A program made the position numbers and the translations under genes. A stretch of DNA of 63,972 bases, counting the filler, from Octopus bimaculoides (Eukaryota), in NCBI RefSeq assembly GCF_001194135.2. It is 5 parts of 5 records of this genome, joined end to end, with 100 filler letters (N's around TTAATTAATTAA, not from the genome) between each part and the next. Parts side by side here need not be neighbours in the genome. Positions count along the whole stretch, not along the records: positions 27,609 to 41,905 come from NC_068994.1; positions 42,006 to 62,024 come from NC_068993.1; 3 more parts are not named here. One strand, given 5' to 3'. Positions 40,638-52,552 of this stretch are shown here, one piece after another. Position 1 is the first letter of the stretch, and every line of letters starts with the position of its first letter. Below the pieces are notes generated by a model, which did no database searches, was not told where the DNA came from, and saw only the letters and a list, made by a program, of their open reading frames with translations.

Positions 40638-40850
40638 GTAACATTCTTGAACGCCCGAGTCTTGCCAAACCTGCAGGATTAAGGAAATGTCTGGTTTCTC
40701 GTAATGACAGTAAAAGTTCGAGAGACGTCGTGGCCGAGCGGGGAATAAGTTTGTATTGTTGTGGTCAAAGTGAGTGTCATCTTCCTCAACTGTATGAAGT
40801 AACAAGGCCCTTATTCGTGGATATTTCTTCTCAAACTCACTCACCGTTTC
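40638..40850 (-). CDS. Exon encoding a divergent heterotrimeric G-protein alpha-like helical-domain segment (3' end lost in a gap)
   Basis: Strong acceptor ttttttttctttccAG; 71 open codons ending YEKPDISLILQVWQDSGVQECY, matching the G-alpha signature W-x-D-x-G-[VI]-Q-x-C-[FY]. Confidence 0.5.
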
Positions 40851-41204
40851 CTGGAAAGAAAAAAAAAGATAAAATATGAAAGATGGACAGAAACAGAAAG
40901 AAAGAAAAATAAAACGAAAAAAAGCAAATATTTATATTGAAAAAAAAAAGTCGTCTAAAACTGAAATAAACTTTTAAAAAAGGAACTGGAGAAAAAACAA
41001 TGAAAAAAAAATAAGGCATCGGAGGGGTGATGCATACCTTGCGCGCGGATAAGTTTTTTCTCAAATTATAGTATGGCTTACAATGCGTTGCTGACTCATG
41101 CTTTTTAATTGAACTGAATTAAGCTTTATAAGTGTTTGACTAAAATAAGATTAGAAGACTAAATAGATGACAGCTAAAAGTAGACTTGATCGTCTCCCCA
41201 ATTC

Positions 41205-41335
41205 ATTTGGTCGTCTCGAGGTTGTAGTAAAAGACACATGCTCAAGGTACCAAGTAATGTCAATTGAACCTGGAACCATATGGTTGGGTAGTAAACTTAC
41301 CACATAGCCACGTGTTCAAAAACAATTAGAAATAC
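41205..41335 (-). mobile_element. SINE family A, diverged
   Basis: gaggttgtagtaaaagacacatgctcaaggtacca...attgaacctggaaccatatggttgggtag. Confidence 0.7.
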
Positions 41336-41757
41336 TAGAAGGAACTTTAAAATAAAACAGAAAATGAAACAAAACAATAGGAGAATAAAGAAAAAAATCA
41401 GAACACGAAAGAAAAACTGAAAATGAACAACGCTGAAGTAAATTAGAAAAAAATAAACAAAAAAAACAACAACAACAACAAATGAAATAAGGAGAAAAAG
41501 AAATTTTTTTCAATATTAAAAGTAAATTTCAAAAAGAAATGAAAAATACAAAAAGGAAGTAAAAAGAAAAGAAAGAAGATTGTAAAAAATTAAAAAAACA
41601 AAACAGAAATGTTAAAGAAACAAGACATGAAATAAAAAGAAAAAATTAAACATGAATGTAAATAAAAAAAATAAATAGAAAATGGAAAATGGAAAAAAAA
41701 CAAAGAACTCAGATATTTAATATACATTAAACAAATATATTTATAAAACTAGAGAAA

Positions 41758-41808
<51 letters not shown>

Positions 41809-42028
41809 TAATAATAAAATGTGAAAACAACACAAGCGGAAATTTAAAAGAATCCAAAAGAAAAAACAAAGTAGAACCAACAAAAATAAAGAAAAAGGAA
41901 AATCTNNNNNNNNNNNNNNNNNNNNNNNNNNNNNNNNNNNNNNNNNNNNTTAATTAATTAANNNNNNNNNNNNNNNNNNNNNNNNNNNNNNNNNNNNNNN
42001 NNNNNGCATATGTATATATATATATATA

Positions 42029-42197
42029 TGGGAGAATGTACGAAAAAAGCAACAGACGAGGACGGGTGGTGTAAACAACAAAAGGATGTATTAGTTTAAC
42101 GCTCGGTAATAGAGAAAATATTTAACGTTTCGAGCTACGCTCTTCAACAGAAAGAAAACGGAGAAAACAAGGAGAAAAACACGGAGAAAACAATTGA
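42029..42197 (-). mobile_element. Second copy of the 167-bp PLE terminal unit
   Basis: Same boundaries as 12976-13143: (AT)n|gggagaat ... aattgaa. Confidence 0.75.
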
Positions 42198-42984
42198 AGC
42201 CGCTTGGTACAGATTGACCTTAAGCTATGTTGTGCATGTTTTAACATTCTAGCTCACTTTCTGCTGTTTAAAATAGTGATTGGAAGAAAGGTGTGTAGCG
42301 TGTGATCGTCGCATTCGCAATGACAGAAATTTGAGCAGAGAATTTGCATCAAATTTTGCCAAAAGTAAAGTTTTCAAAAGTTTTTTCATCGTTCTCGACA
42401 CAATCAAGATCTTGTGCTGCTAAAAACCCAGTGTCTTTTTGGTTAGCTGAAAACAGTTTTGGCACAAACTTGGCAGACATGCGTCTCATACCCAAACCTT
42501 CAGTGATAATGGATTGAATTAAACCGTGACTAATCTGCACATCCTCTGATAACTTACGGATGGTGATTCGATGACTTCCCCTCACAGCTGTACGCACATC
42601 GATGTTTTCCTCTGTTCTGCCGGTTGCGGGTCTCCCAGAATGTCCGTCAACATCGACATTTTTCATCCATCTTCGTAACGTTTGAACCCCTAATACACTT
42701 GTGTGCGGATCATATAATCCTCTCCATAAACTTGTTGCAAATTTGTGTAGACTTCTGAGCAGGTGTCGCTATGACAACTTTCTCTGTCATAGTCAATGCG
42801 ACGATCTCACGCTATACACGTTCCCTCCAAGCACTGCTGTAACCAGTCGAAGTGAGTTAGAACGTTAAAACTTAGTGCATATGCACAGCACACTTCAAGG
42901 TCAATCTGTGCCTCGCTGCTTTACTTTGCGTACTTTAGCTTTGTTACTATGGCAACAATCCGAATACTTCTTGATCAGACCTCG
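42196..42984. mobile_element. Mariner derivative with two converging 5' ends
   Basis: Minus strand: TIR TA-cgaggtctgatcaagaagtattcgg and HTH ORF (HSGRPATGRTEENID...RITIRKLSEDVQIS...MRRMSAKFVPKL). Plus strand 42196-42366 repeats the 5' UTR and start in inverted orientation. Confidence 0.8.
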
Positions 42985-43004
42985 TATATAAATATATATA
43001 TGTG

Positions 43005-43080
<76 letters not shown>

Positions 43081-44088
43081 TGTGTATGTATGCATGTCTT
43101 AGTAATACTACTATGATGTCTACTGTGTATAAATATTGATGAACTTTCAGAGCGTATTTTCATGGAAACAATCAAATCAAGATTGAATATTATCTGTAAC
43201 AGTTGGAAGAACGGTTATTAAAAATGTATAACAGACAAGAATTTGAAAACTAATTAAATTACAAGTAATTTAAGAATAAATAAGCGTGTTATATGAACAT
43301 TCTATCAACGATTCATGTAAATATATCCAATCTGTCCTATGAGATTCAGAAGGTTATGCCTATAAAATTCTACGATACACTATTGATTATGCGATGGCCA
43401 AATAAAACCCAAACTGCTAGTGGAGAAAATAGGATTGCTATTTATCGATTCCTCAAACAGAAATTTGCCTCAAAACTTCTGCTTGGTAATAACAATCTGA
43501 ATGGCCTGCTCACAAAACATTCTGAAATAGCATTGAAATAAGAAGCTATTGACAGTAAAGAACCTGATATCGTCATTCTAAATATTTTACAACAATATTG
43601 TACGACAATAGTAACTTGACTAGCCTTATCTCGATTTACATCATTGTTAAGCAATTACAATTATTTTCATGAAGGTAATGGTTGAAAGAATTTGCAGACC
43701 GTCAGGCAAAGTACTATGCAGTGTTTAGTTGTAATTCATTACGTCCTGATTTCAAATTTCACTGAATACAAGTCTTAGATTCCCATACTTACATTTTAGT
43801 CAAACTACGTAGCAGACAAGTTTTGGCGTCGATGTAATTTGATATACGTATCTACAGATTTTGTACATTGGGTGGCAGAGTGGTCAAGCGTTATTTAGTT
43901 ACGATCCAGTAATATTTCGATTTTAAGTTTTGTTTCCTGAATTGAGTTTGAAATTCATTGACCTCAGATTTAAAAAATATAATCGCCATCAAGATCGAGT
44001 TTCATATAAAAACCTTTTCACCAAGATGTGTTGCTATTCGTTTTACTTTGGTAATCAATATTTTAATAGTAATGTTATTTTTAATCAC

Positions 44089-44230
44089 TACACCACCACC
44101 ACCACCATCGTCGTCGTCGTCGTCGTCGTCGTCGTCATCATCATCATCATCATCATCCTCATCTTCCTCATCATCATCATCCTCCTCCTCCTCATCTTCA
44201 TCATCATCAGCAGCATCAGCATCATCATCA
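44089..44230. repeat. In-register compound trinucleotide repeat (CAC/TCG/TCA/TCC)
   Basis: Directly visible. Confidence 0.9.
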
Positions 44231-45449
44231 TGTGTTCCTTATACGTATCTCTTCGATGACAAAATATGACTTTTAAGAAGAATGTTTTTCGGAAGAATGT
44301 TAAACGGTATGCGAGAAACTCTGGACTATTAAAAGTTTTTATCATAAGGTTTCGATTCAAGACATGCTGTATATTACTGGTATAACTTTTTACACTTCAC
44401 CTTAAAATATTGAAAAACAAAAGTTGGCATTGTCGTGATTTGAATACGAAAAGTTATTAGTCTCTTCCAACAGAAAGCGTGGAAGACTTATCAACTCATA
44501 TTTTGTTTAAGATATTAAGAAGAAGCAAAAGGATAAGCTTAGTGGGTTTACAAAGATACAAAAACGCAGCAATACACTCACACAGACACACATTTCAATT
44601 TGTTGTGTGGCAAACGGCTTTAGGGGATTAAGATCCGAAGAATGTGTAATACATCTAAGTCACAAGTGAGGTAATCTGGCGGGGGTTAGCATTAATGGGG
44701 ACAGCAATACTTCATTGAGATGCGTTTGCACCAAGATTAAAAGCCAATAACAAACTTTACAAATACACGGAGAACGAAAGTAAGATTATTAAAAACAACC
44801 AATAGACAATTAGGCATTAAAACTGGACGTGTTTATGAAAATGATTGTCTGTTTTACCCACTAGAGCATCACTATGGCTTTAATGGTGCAATACACAATA
44901 TGTTTTATTATATTTAATTTGTTCCATTAGAACTAAAGGAGAGTGATGGAAATCACAATATTGATAAAAGAGAAGTATAAACATGTTTAACATGCTGACT
45001 CTGATAAGCCCTCTTCGTGCTATGGAACAAATGAAAATAAAACGTTAAAATGAATCGTTAAATTTAAGCATTTGTTATGATGTGTAGAATACGCAGCTTA
45101 GCAGCTAATAAATTTTGGCAGACTACAAGCATTTCATCATTGTTGATCAATGATTTTTTAAAAGATTGAATATATTACTTTCCTTGTTATACAAATTTCA
45201 CATATAACAAAATCCAAAATAGAACGGCGAACCCCAGTGACGTATTATGTATTAATATGACTTTTTTCAAAAGCACTATTTTAAATATGCAAAGATTAGA
45301 TGGTACTTAGTAAAACATTAAACTCAATAACGTTAGTGTTGGAGAATTTATCGTCATTTTTGTTGGATATTCATTTGGTTAACATGAATATTCAGTAGAA
45401 ATAACATTCGTATGTTTAAAATGTAATTTCTCACAAACATTTCTGAATA

Positions 45450-46150
45450 AATGAAAATTACTTTTCGGATTCACTGTTGTTAACGAGCATAGTCGATTTA
45501 TTCTTACACATTTTAACATTTCTAGTTCATATATCAGTCTTCCTCAATTCACAGAAATATATTACATAATTTGTTATACTCATCAACTTCAGTGCTAGCT
45601 GTCAACACTCATCTGATTTCTTCGAACAATGTACATGGATGAAATTCATGACACATCTTTTCTCGTGGGGTTTGACATTTTCTTATTTTGCAATGATTGT
45701 AAACGTATTAGCAACTTGTAACCGTGTATGATATTTTTATATCACATAAGCAATAATCGCCAATATGAGCACAAATGTGTCACATGAATTTTTCTTTCCC
45801 AACTTTGGTTCAGAACATCTCTTAACTAATTGAAATCGACGAAAACGCCCACATATCTCATAACACTGCATCAATCTGATACGCACATATCATTTCTATT
45901 GTATTCAATGAAACTTCTTGAGCCGAATAGATGAAACCTAATTCATATACATGAGAAGCTTTTGAAAAGCTTTTATACATTGGAGATGCTTTCTTTGGTA
46001 TACAGCATCCAAGTCTTTTCATTCACACTTGCTCTTCCCTAGATTTTCCTAAACTCACGCTTTCTATTTCATTTTTATCCTTTTCACATTCCCACTGCCT
46101 TTGACATTCAAGACAGCGCAATAATCACTACATTAAACAAATATTCCTGG
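45450..46150 (-). pseudogene. Possible heavily degraded Cys/His-rich coding sequence
   Basis: Fragments in shifting frames: CLECQRQWEC, CYEICGRF, KNSCD-HICAHIGDYCLC, C*YVYNHCKIRKC..CHEFH; many stops. Confidence 0.2.
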
Positions 46151-49100
46151 ATAGTTTCCCTCTGGAGATTTGTTTTCCTTCTGTTTTATTCAATATTTAA
46201 AATTAACTCTAGATCGTACCATTCTTATCAACTTTTGTTTTCATATGAGAAAAGTTTGAAATAGTTCCAGATACACTTCTTTATTTGTACTAACAAAAAT
46301 AATCAAATTTAGAGAAGTCTGTGTATTCCGTCTATAGCTGAGTTTATTCTGCAGCATTATCCGTTTGCTAAATACTTTATCTTCGGACATTTTAAGTTCT
46401 TGATTTGTCTGTTATGAAGCTTTTTCCTAAATAGATCTGTCGGTCGAAATCAATATTTACATATTTGTGGATTTCTCGCTGTTTGTTCACTGAGAACTAA
46501 CTACTGTCTGCATAATATATTCTCATGGGAGTTGTTCCTCTTTCATAGGGCATCATTCTAATGCTGATTATGAACAGTGCTTCACTTATCATTTAAACAA
46601 GATTTATTTCCTGAGTAATATTCATCTTATCATCACAAAAGTTTGAATTAAAAGTGATAAGCAATTATTTCTCTCTGACACTAAAGTTATAAATCTGTAC
46701 ATAAGTTTCTTCTTTAGATATTTGAAGAAAATGAAGGGACATAATAATGAACACCTCCTTTAAAAAAAAATAGTTGTTTCGTGTTAAAATACTATTGAAT
46801 ACATCGAAAAAAGTATAATTTTGAAATAAATATTTGATTCTGATTTCGGAATGTATAAACATTGAAGGTGCCATAAATGAATATTTAATAACATGAATAT
46901 TTTGTATACAAGTTCTAGACATATAAAATCTTCGTGATATATCCGGCTGTCCTGTAAATTAGGGGACATCACTAATAATAAACTGAAAGATTTACTGAAA
47001 CGACTGAGTTAATTGAAGTCTGAAATAATTTCACAAATTACAATTGTATTTATTTTGAAGAAAACTATTATTGATAGGAAACACAATTGAGACATAGTTG
47101 GCTACCACAGTAAAGAATTTTTCGAATGGTGGTATAAATGTGTAACGTTTTACCTCTATTTGAACCAAGGAATATTATGATTAAAACTAGCTCCTTATAA
47201 AATTTAACTCCACACTCTCCCGACGATATGCCAGTTCAATTGAATCTTATAGCAGCAATTACTGTTACTTACAAGTTAAATATTTCCACTGAGTAATTTG
47301 ATACCAGATATAAACGGCAAATGCCTCGATAATACACTACGATTTGCGTGATTATTCCTGAAATTTAATAATCTATTTCTGTCTGTCAGTCTCCCTGCCT
47401 GTCTGTCTCACCCTGTACTCCGCCCTTCCTACCCTTTCTCTCTAACGTGTAAAGCAAAATAGAGTGAAAGTAGCGCTAACAAATCTTTTTGCTCAAGTCA
47501 TTACTTTATATCCAGAAGATATTGTAGCTTAAACCATTACTGCAAAGCTACACTCTTTCAAGAGATACATATGTAGCTAGGCGCTCCTCCATTTGTCTGG
47601 TTTCTGTAGCTAATTGCAGAGAGTCGCTCAAAATTTAAGTAACGGCGCCAAGTTACACTTTTATCAGATTTTAAGCCCCATGCCATTGAATATTTAACAA
47701 GTATTACACCTAGCACAGCTTTATGTCGGATTATGAATACCGTAGTACTCAAGAGCTTTGCTATCACAAATATTCTGTCTTCAGCACCTTAGAGAAAACA
47801 TCAGACCCACTAGATTGAATAGAACCCGCGTACTTCTTATGGAACTCTTGTTTATTTAGTTTTAAATTTTAGGTATTTAGTGCTGAATGATAAGTTGCAA
47901 CATTTAAATTTCTACAAGTTTCACGTCAAATATATACTTGTTACTTTCAACACAGTGGCTTAGAACTCTGTAGAAAGTGTGACACTGAAAAGCATAACTT
48001 GAATTAATGAACACGATCGAGCATAGTACAATCATTACAACACTCAATTGACTTTACAAGCATATTATGTAAGCGTTGCTGTTATTAAGCTGTAAAATGA
48101 AACATTTTCGTGAACTTTAGTTACAGTCCATTTTCAAGCCTATATCTTCAAAATGTTTGTAGAAAACGCTTGACATTTTATTGCTGTTGTATTAATGTCA
48201 ATTAATACTCGCTTAAACTGGTGCTGGCCTACACTGTTGGTGGAACATTAAAAAATGGAGTAGAACTGATACAAATACAGATTATTCTTGGAATGGAGTT
48301 CGTGAAAAATTGTTTTTCCCCGTTAAAAATGGGAGACGACGTCAGGTAGTATCACACTACACTTGCCAAATTCTATGTTTCTTCGGAAGTATCGACAATA
48401 TCTCCTCGGCAAATTTCTATATGACAAAGGAAATGAATAAGACGCCGCATTTGATTTCTCAAGCCGCCAAGCACATTCATTCAGAGGCCTTTGAATGTGC
48501 TTAGGTCCTTCCTGTTCAGGGTCAGAAAATGACTGAGACATCTTTGATATGTTATAGTTATACGAGTCCAGAAAAAAACATTGTTGAACATCGTCGGGCC
48601 GGCCATATTTGTCCAGCGTATCCTAAACATTTTCAACGACAACTCTAGCGGGTTATAAGAAGTATCGCCGGGTATCAAATGATTTCAGCCAACGTGGTAT
48701 ATGTGGTATACGAAAACATCAGATACATTTCCTATGCGATTCAATTCGCAATCACATAACTTGAGTGCACAATTTCTGCGACTTTTAATATATTTGAGAG
48801 AACGAAACAACTATAAAATACGTTGGTAGAAAATAATGGAGATTTCACTGAGATTACCACAATAATAATTGTATATGTTTGAGCGAGCGCCTGTATATGT
48901 TTGTGTGTGTGTGTATATGTCTGTGTAATTGCGTGCGTGCGTAAATTACTGCATTTTTTTCATTCCGGGGAACATTGGAGTAAAATACTTGTGACATTCA
49001 TACCCTAAAGAGTTGGAGTGACAACTACCTAGATATGAACATAATGTACATTTGGGACACTCTTTAAATATTAATCGTTACAGTTAGTGTCAAACGACAT

Positions 49101-50899
49101 ATTAAGCCAATAAAAAGTGTATAAAATGAAAGTTTTGCAGCGTCGATATAGAAGTTGTCCCACTACATATTATAATCTCATAGGAATTAGAAATGGAAAA
49201 AACTTCTAAATTTTCGACCGTATATCGAAACCGGGTCACGTTCATATCGCAATGGACATTTTTTATACAATACTTTTATGTAGATCTACACATTATTTTC
49301 TAACGATATGGTCACACTTCCTGTATTTTAGAACATTTCATTTATTTTAGTTTGATTCAATTTCAGTTTTTGAAAGATATAATTATGTTAAAACAAGACT
49401 GTTTCAGGTATATATTTCTATGAGACACATTACCAGTCTATCCCGTCTTGCAACTATGGATGACTTAATCTAAGTACCTCAAACGAGTTAATTCTTAGTT
49501 TTATAACTCCACCGCTTCATACACTAGACAGAAGTCTCTCTGTTGTGGTACTTATTCGTTGCTAATGACCTGTGTACATCAATGGTTCTCAGAAGATGAG
49601 GCACGCTGAATTTTTTTATTGAAAAGCTGTCTCAGTGCGTTGCAAATTTTTAAACTATAATTCTCTGCTGGAGAACCCATACTAACGTTTGATCATCTTC
49701 GAAAACAATTTTTTGTATAAAATTTAATTATGCAACAATATGATTGATAAAAGAAAACGAGAAATATTTTTCTATATTTTTTTTGTAAACTTTCAAGTTC
49801 AAAACAGTTTTCAAGTGAAATGCGCCAGCAATTTTTAACTTTTCAGGCGAAGTGCGCCAACAATTCTCTTTGATCTTCAGAGTATTACGAAGTCAAAAAG
49901 ACTGACAACAACTGTTGCTGGTTATTGAACAGTTTTTCCCAACGCATAAGCATCTTTGCAAAGGAAATAGTGCAGAACTTAAGGCAATGTACAAACTTAC
50001 AATATTTTGTTCCGATCATATTTTCAAATAAATTTTATATTTCTTTCTTTCATTTCTCTTTATATTTTGTAGTACTTCACTTTTATCATTTTTTTCTTGG
50101 AGTTTTATAAAAAAAAAATTAACAATTTTCTATTCCGAAAGTGAAATATATCTCAGTAACATGCAAGCAATTAAGAACTATCAAGATTCCATTTCAATCT
50201 AATAAATCTACGTTCTTATTAAAACTAATGATTTATTTCACCATTTGCTCTTATTTTACTATTCAATTATTCCACAGTCATGCAATAGCGAACATCTTAG
50301 CAGCATTACCCAACCAACCATTGCAGTCAGCTCTTGTGTAGTTACAATTTTCACTGTAATTTTATACGACAATTGTTGAGCTCTTATAACCTACAGAGAC
50401 AATTAGAAGACAATATCACATTTGACACTAAATAATTATATTATTTCCAATACTTGATCGGATGGTTTTGAGTTTCTTTTCATTCCTCTGTCTCCATCTA
50501 ATGTAAATAGTCTGTGTATAATGTATGTATGTGATTGTATGCCTGTAGTTTTCGATATTTTCTGAATATTTACGAAAAATAAATCCGCCCTTCGCAGGGA
50601 CAGTGTAAACACACCACACATAACAACAAACACAAGTGCAAGTATACATATAAGCATATATAAATATGTATATTGTGCGTGTGAACGTATGTGTTTCTGT
50701 GTGCATGTGTGTGTGTGTGTGGGGAGAGAAAGAGAGAGAGTTTCTTAGTAAGCCACGAATTTGAATGTATTTCATATCTAATTAATAATCAACGTACGTG
50801 CTCTAGTTTACCTATGTTCTGTAAAACTATTTGAGGAAAAGCAACCGGTATCACCCAAAATTGATAACTATTGGCATTCAACGGTTTTTTTTTGCCCTC

Positions 50900-51163
50900 C
50901 GGTCCTGTGAGCTTAATGAATGCTGCGGCGGAATTATGGAGAATTCTTTCGGCCTACATACACATTCAAATGCCATTATAGTACTGGTCACTGCAAGATT
51001 CTCCTATGGCCCGAGCAAGTGGTGTGTAGAGACACGAGACGGTAAAAGGCCAGACGGCATAACAATTTTCTCGTTCCGCGGTGGTAGGGCCTTCTGCTTG
51101 GATGCCACATGCTGCGCCACCTTCTTTAACAGCAAACTGATGTCTTCGGCTGCCAACCCATGA
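50900..51163 (+). pseudogene. CRE-like non-LTR retrotransposon zinc-knuckle and RLE remnant
   Basis: CCGGIMENSFGLHTHS ... TRDGKRPDGITIFSFRGGRAFCLDATCCATF resembles RxDGKRPDGxTxxPWxxGRxLxWDATCxDT. Confidence 0.7.
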
Positions 51164-51223
51164 TGCGCTGCTCCCTCTCTCTATCTCTCTCTGTCTCTCT
51201 CTGTCTCACTCTGCCTGTCTGCC

Positions 51224-51274
<51 letters not shown>

Positions 51275-52552
51275 GTCTCNNNNNNNNNNNNNNNNNNNNN
51301 NNNNNNNNNNNNNNNNNNNNNNNNNNNNNNNNNNNNNNNNNNNNNNNNNNNNNNNNNNNNNNNNNNNNNNNNNNNNNNNNNNNNNNNNNNNNNNNNNNNN
51401 NNNNNNNNNNNNNNNNNNNNNNNNNNNNNNNNNNNNNNNNNNNNNNNNNNNNNNNNNNNNNNNNNNNNNNNNNNNNNNNNNNNNNNNNNNNNNNNNNNNN
51501 NNNNNNNNNNNNNNNNNNNNNNNNNNNNNNNNNNNNNNNNNNNNNNNNNNNNNNNNNNNNNNNNNNNNNNNNNNNNNNNNNNNNNNNNNNNNNNNNNNNN
51601 NNNNNNNNNNNNNNNNNNNNNNNNNNNNNNNNNNNNNNNNNNNNNNNNNNNNNNNNNNNNNNNNNNNNNNNNNNNNNNNNNNNNNNNNNNNNNNNNNNNN
51701 NNNNNNNNNNNNNNNNNNNNNNNNNNNNNNNNNNNNNNNNNNNNNNNNNNNNNNNNNNNNNNNNNNNNNNNNNNNNNNNNNNNNNNNNNNNNNNNNNNNT
51801 ATATATATATATATTTCTTTCAACACATTTAAATGTCTTGATCTAAGATGTCAGCGAAAATACTGATATGTGCTTGAACATTGGTAACATTAAAAAAAAA
51901 TTCAAAATAAAAACGAAGAGCAAACGAACACACTAAAGAATATAATTAAATAAAATTCAAGAGTTGGATAATGTAAAGTTGATGTGCATATTAATGTGAA
52001 TGAGTGTGTGCATACGTGGGTATTTAAAACAATTTGTAAAGATATAAATGTACGTGTATAAGACGCATTTATGTATATATATATGTTTATATGCATACAT
52101 TCTCTTTTATAGTAAACTTTTATATTTTTCTGAAATTTAATGTTAACAAGTTTTTTACATCAGTTTTGCATATTTAAGTATTTCAGTTATATTATTCTTC
52201 ACCCAGACAATCTCATATATATTTATACGTACACACACACACATACACACGTACATATATATACTTTCTGGACACATTTTATATATTTCTATAAGCACAC
52301 ACACACGCACACTCCGCACACAGACACAGGCACGAACACAGACACACATACATATGTATCCATGTTTAAGATTTCATCGCGATCGTATGAACAATACTCG
52401 AGTTATAAGCGCAGAAAAAACAGACAGAACGGGATTTATATATTAGATGAGCCAATGAGGGAGACCTCTACATTGTAGATAGAGCTTGTAGAAATAGCAG
52501 CCAAATCTTATGCATGTATATATGTATATATGTATGTATTAACAGTTCAATG

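Noticed and set aside
43293-43654. Overlapping 70-82 aa ORFs including KLLLG/RLLL as a G-alpha G1 exon
   Set aside because: No GxGESGKST motif; short AT-rich ORFs are expected by chance
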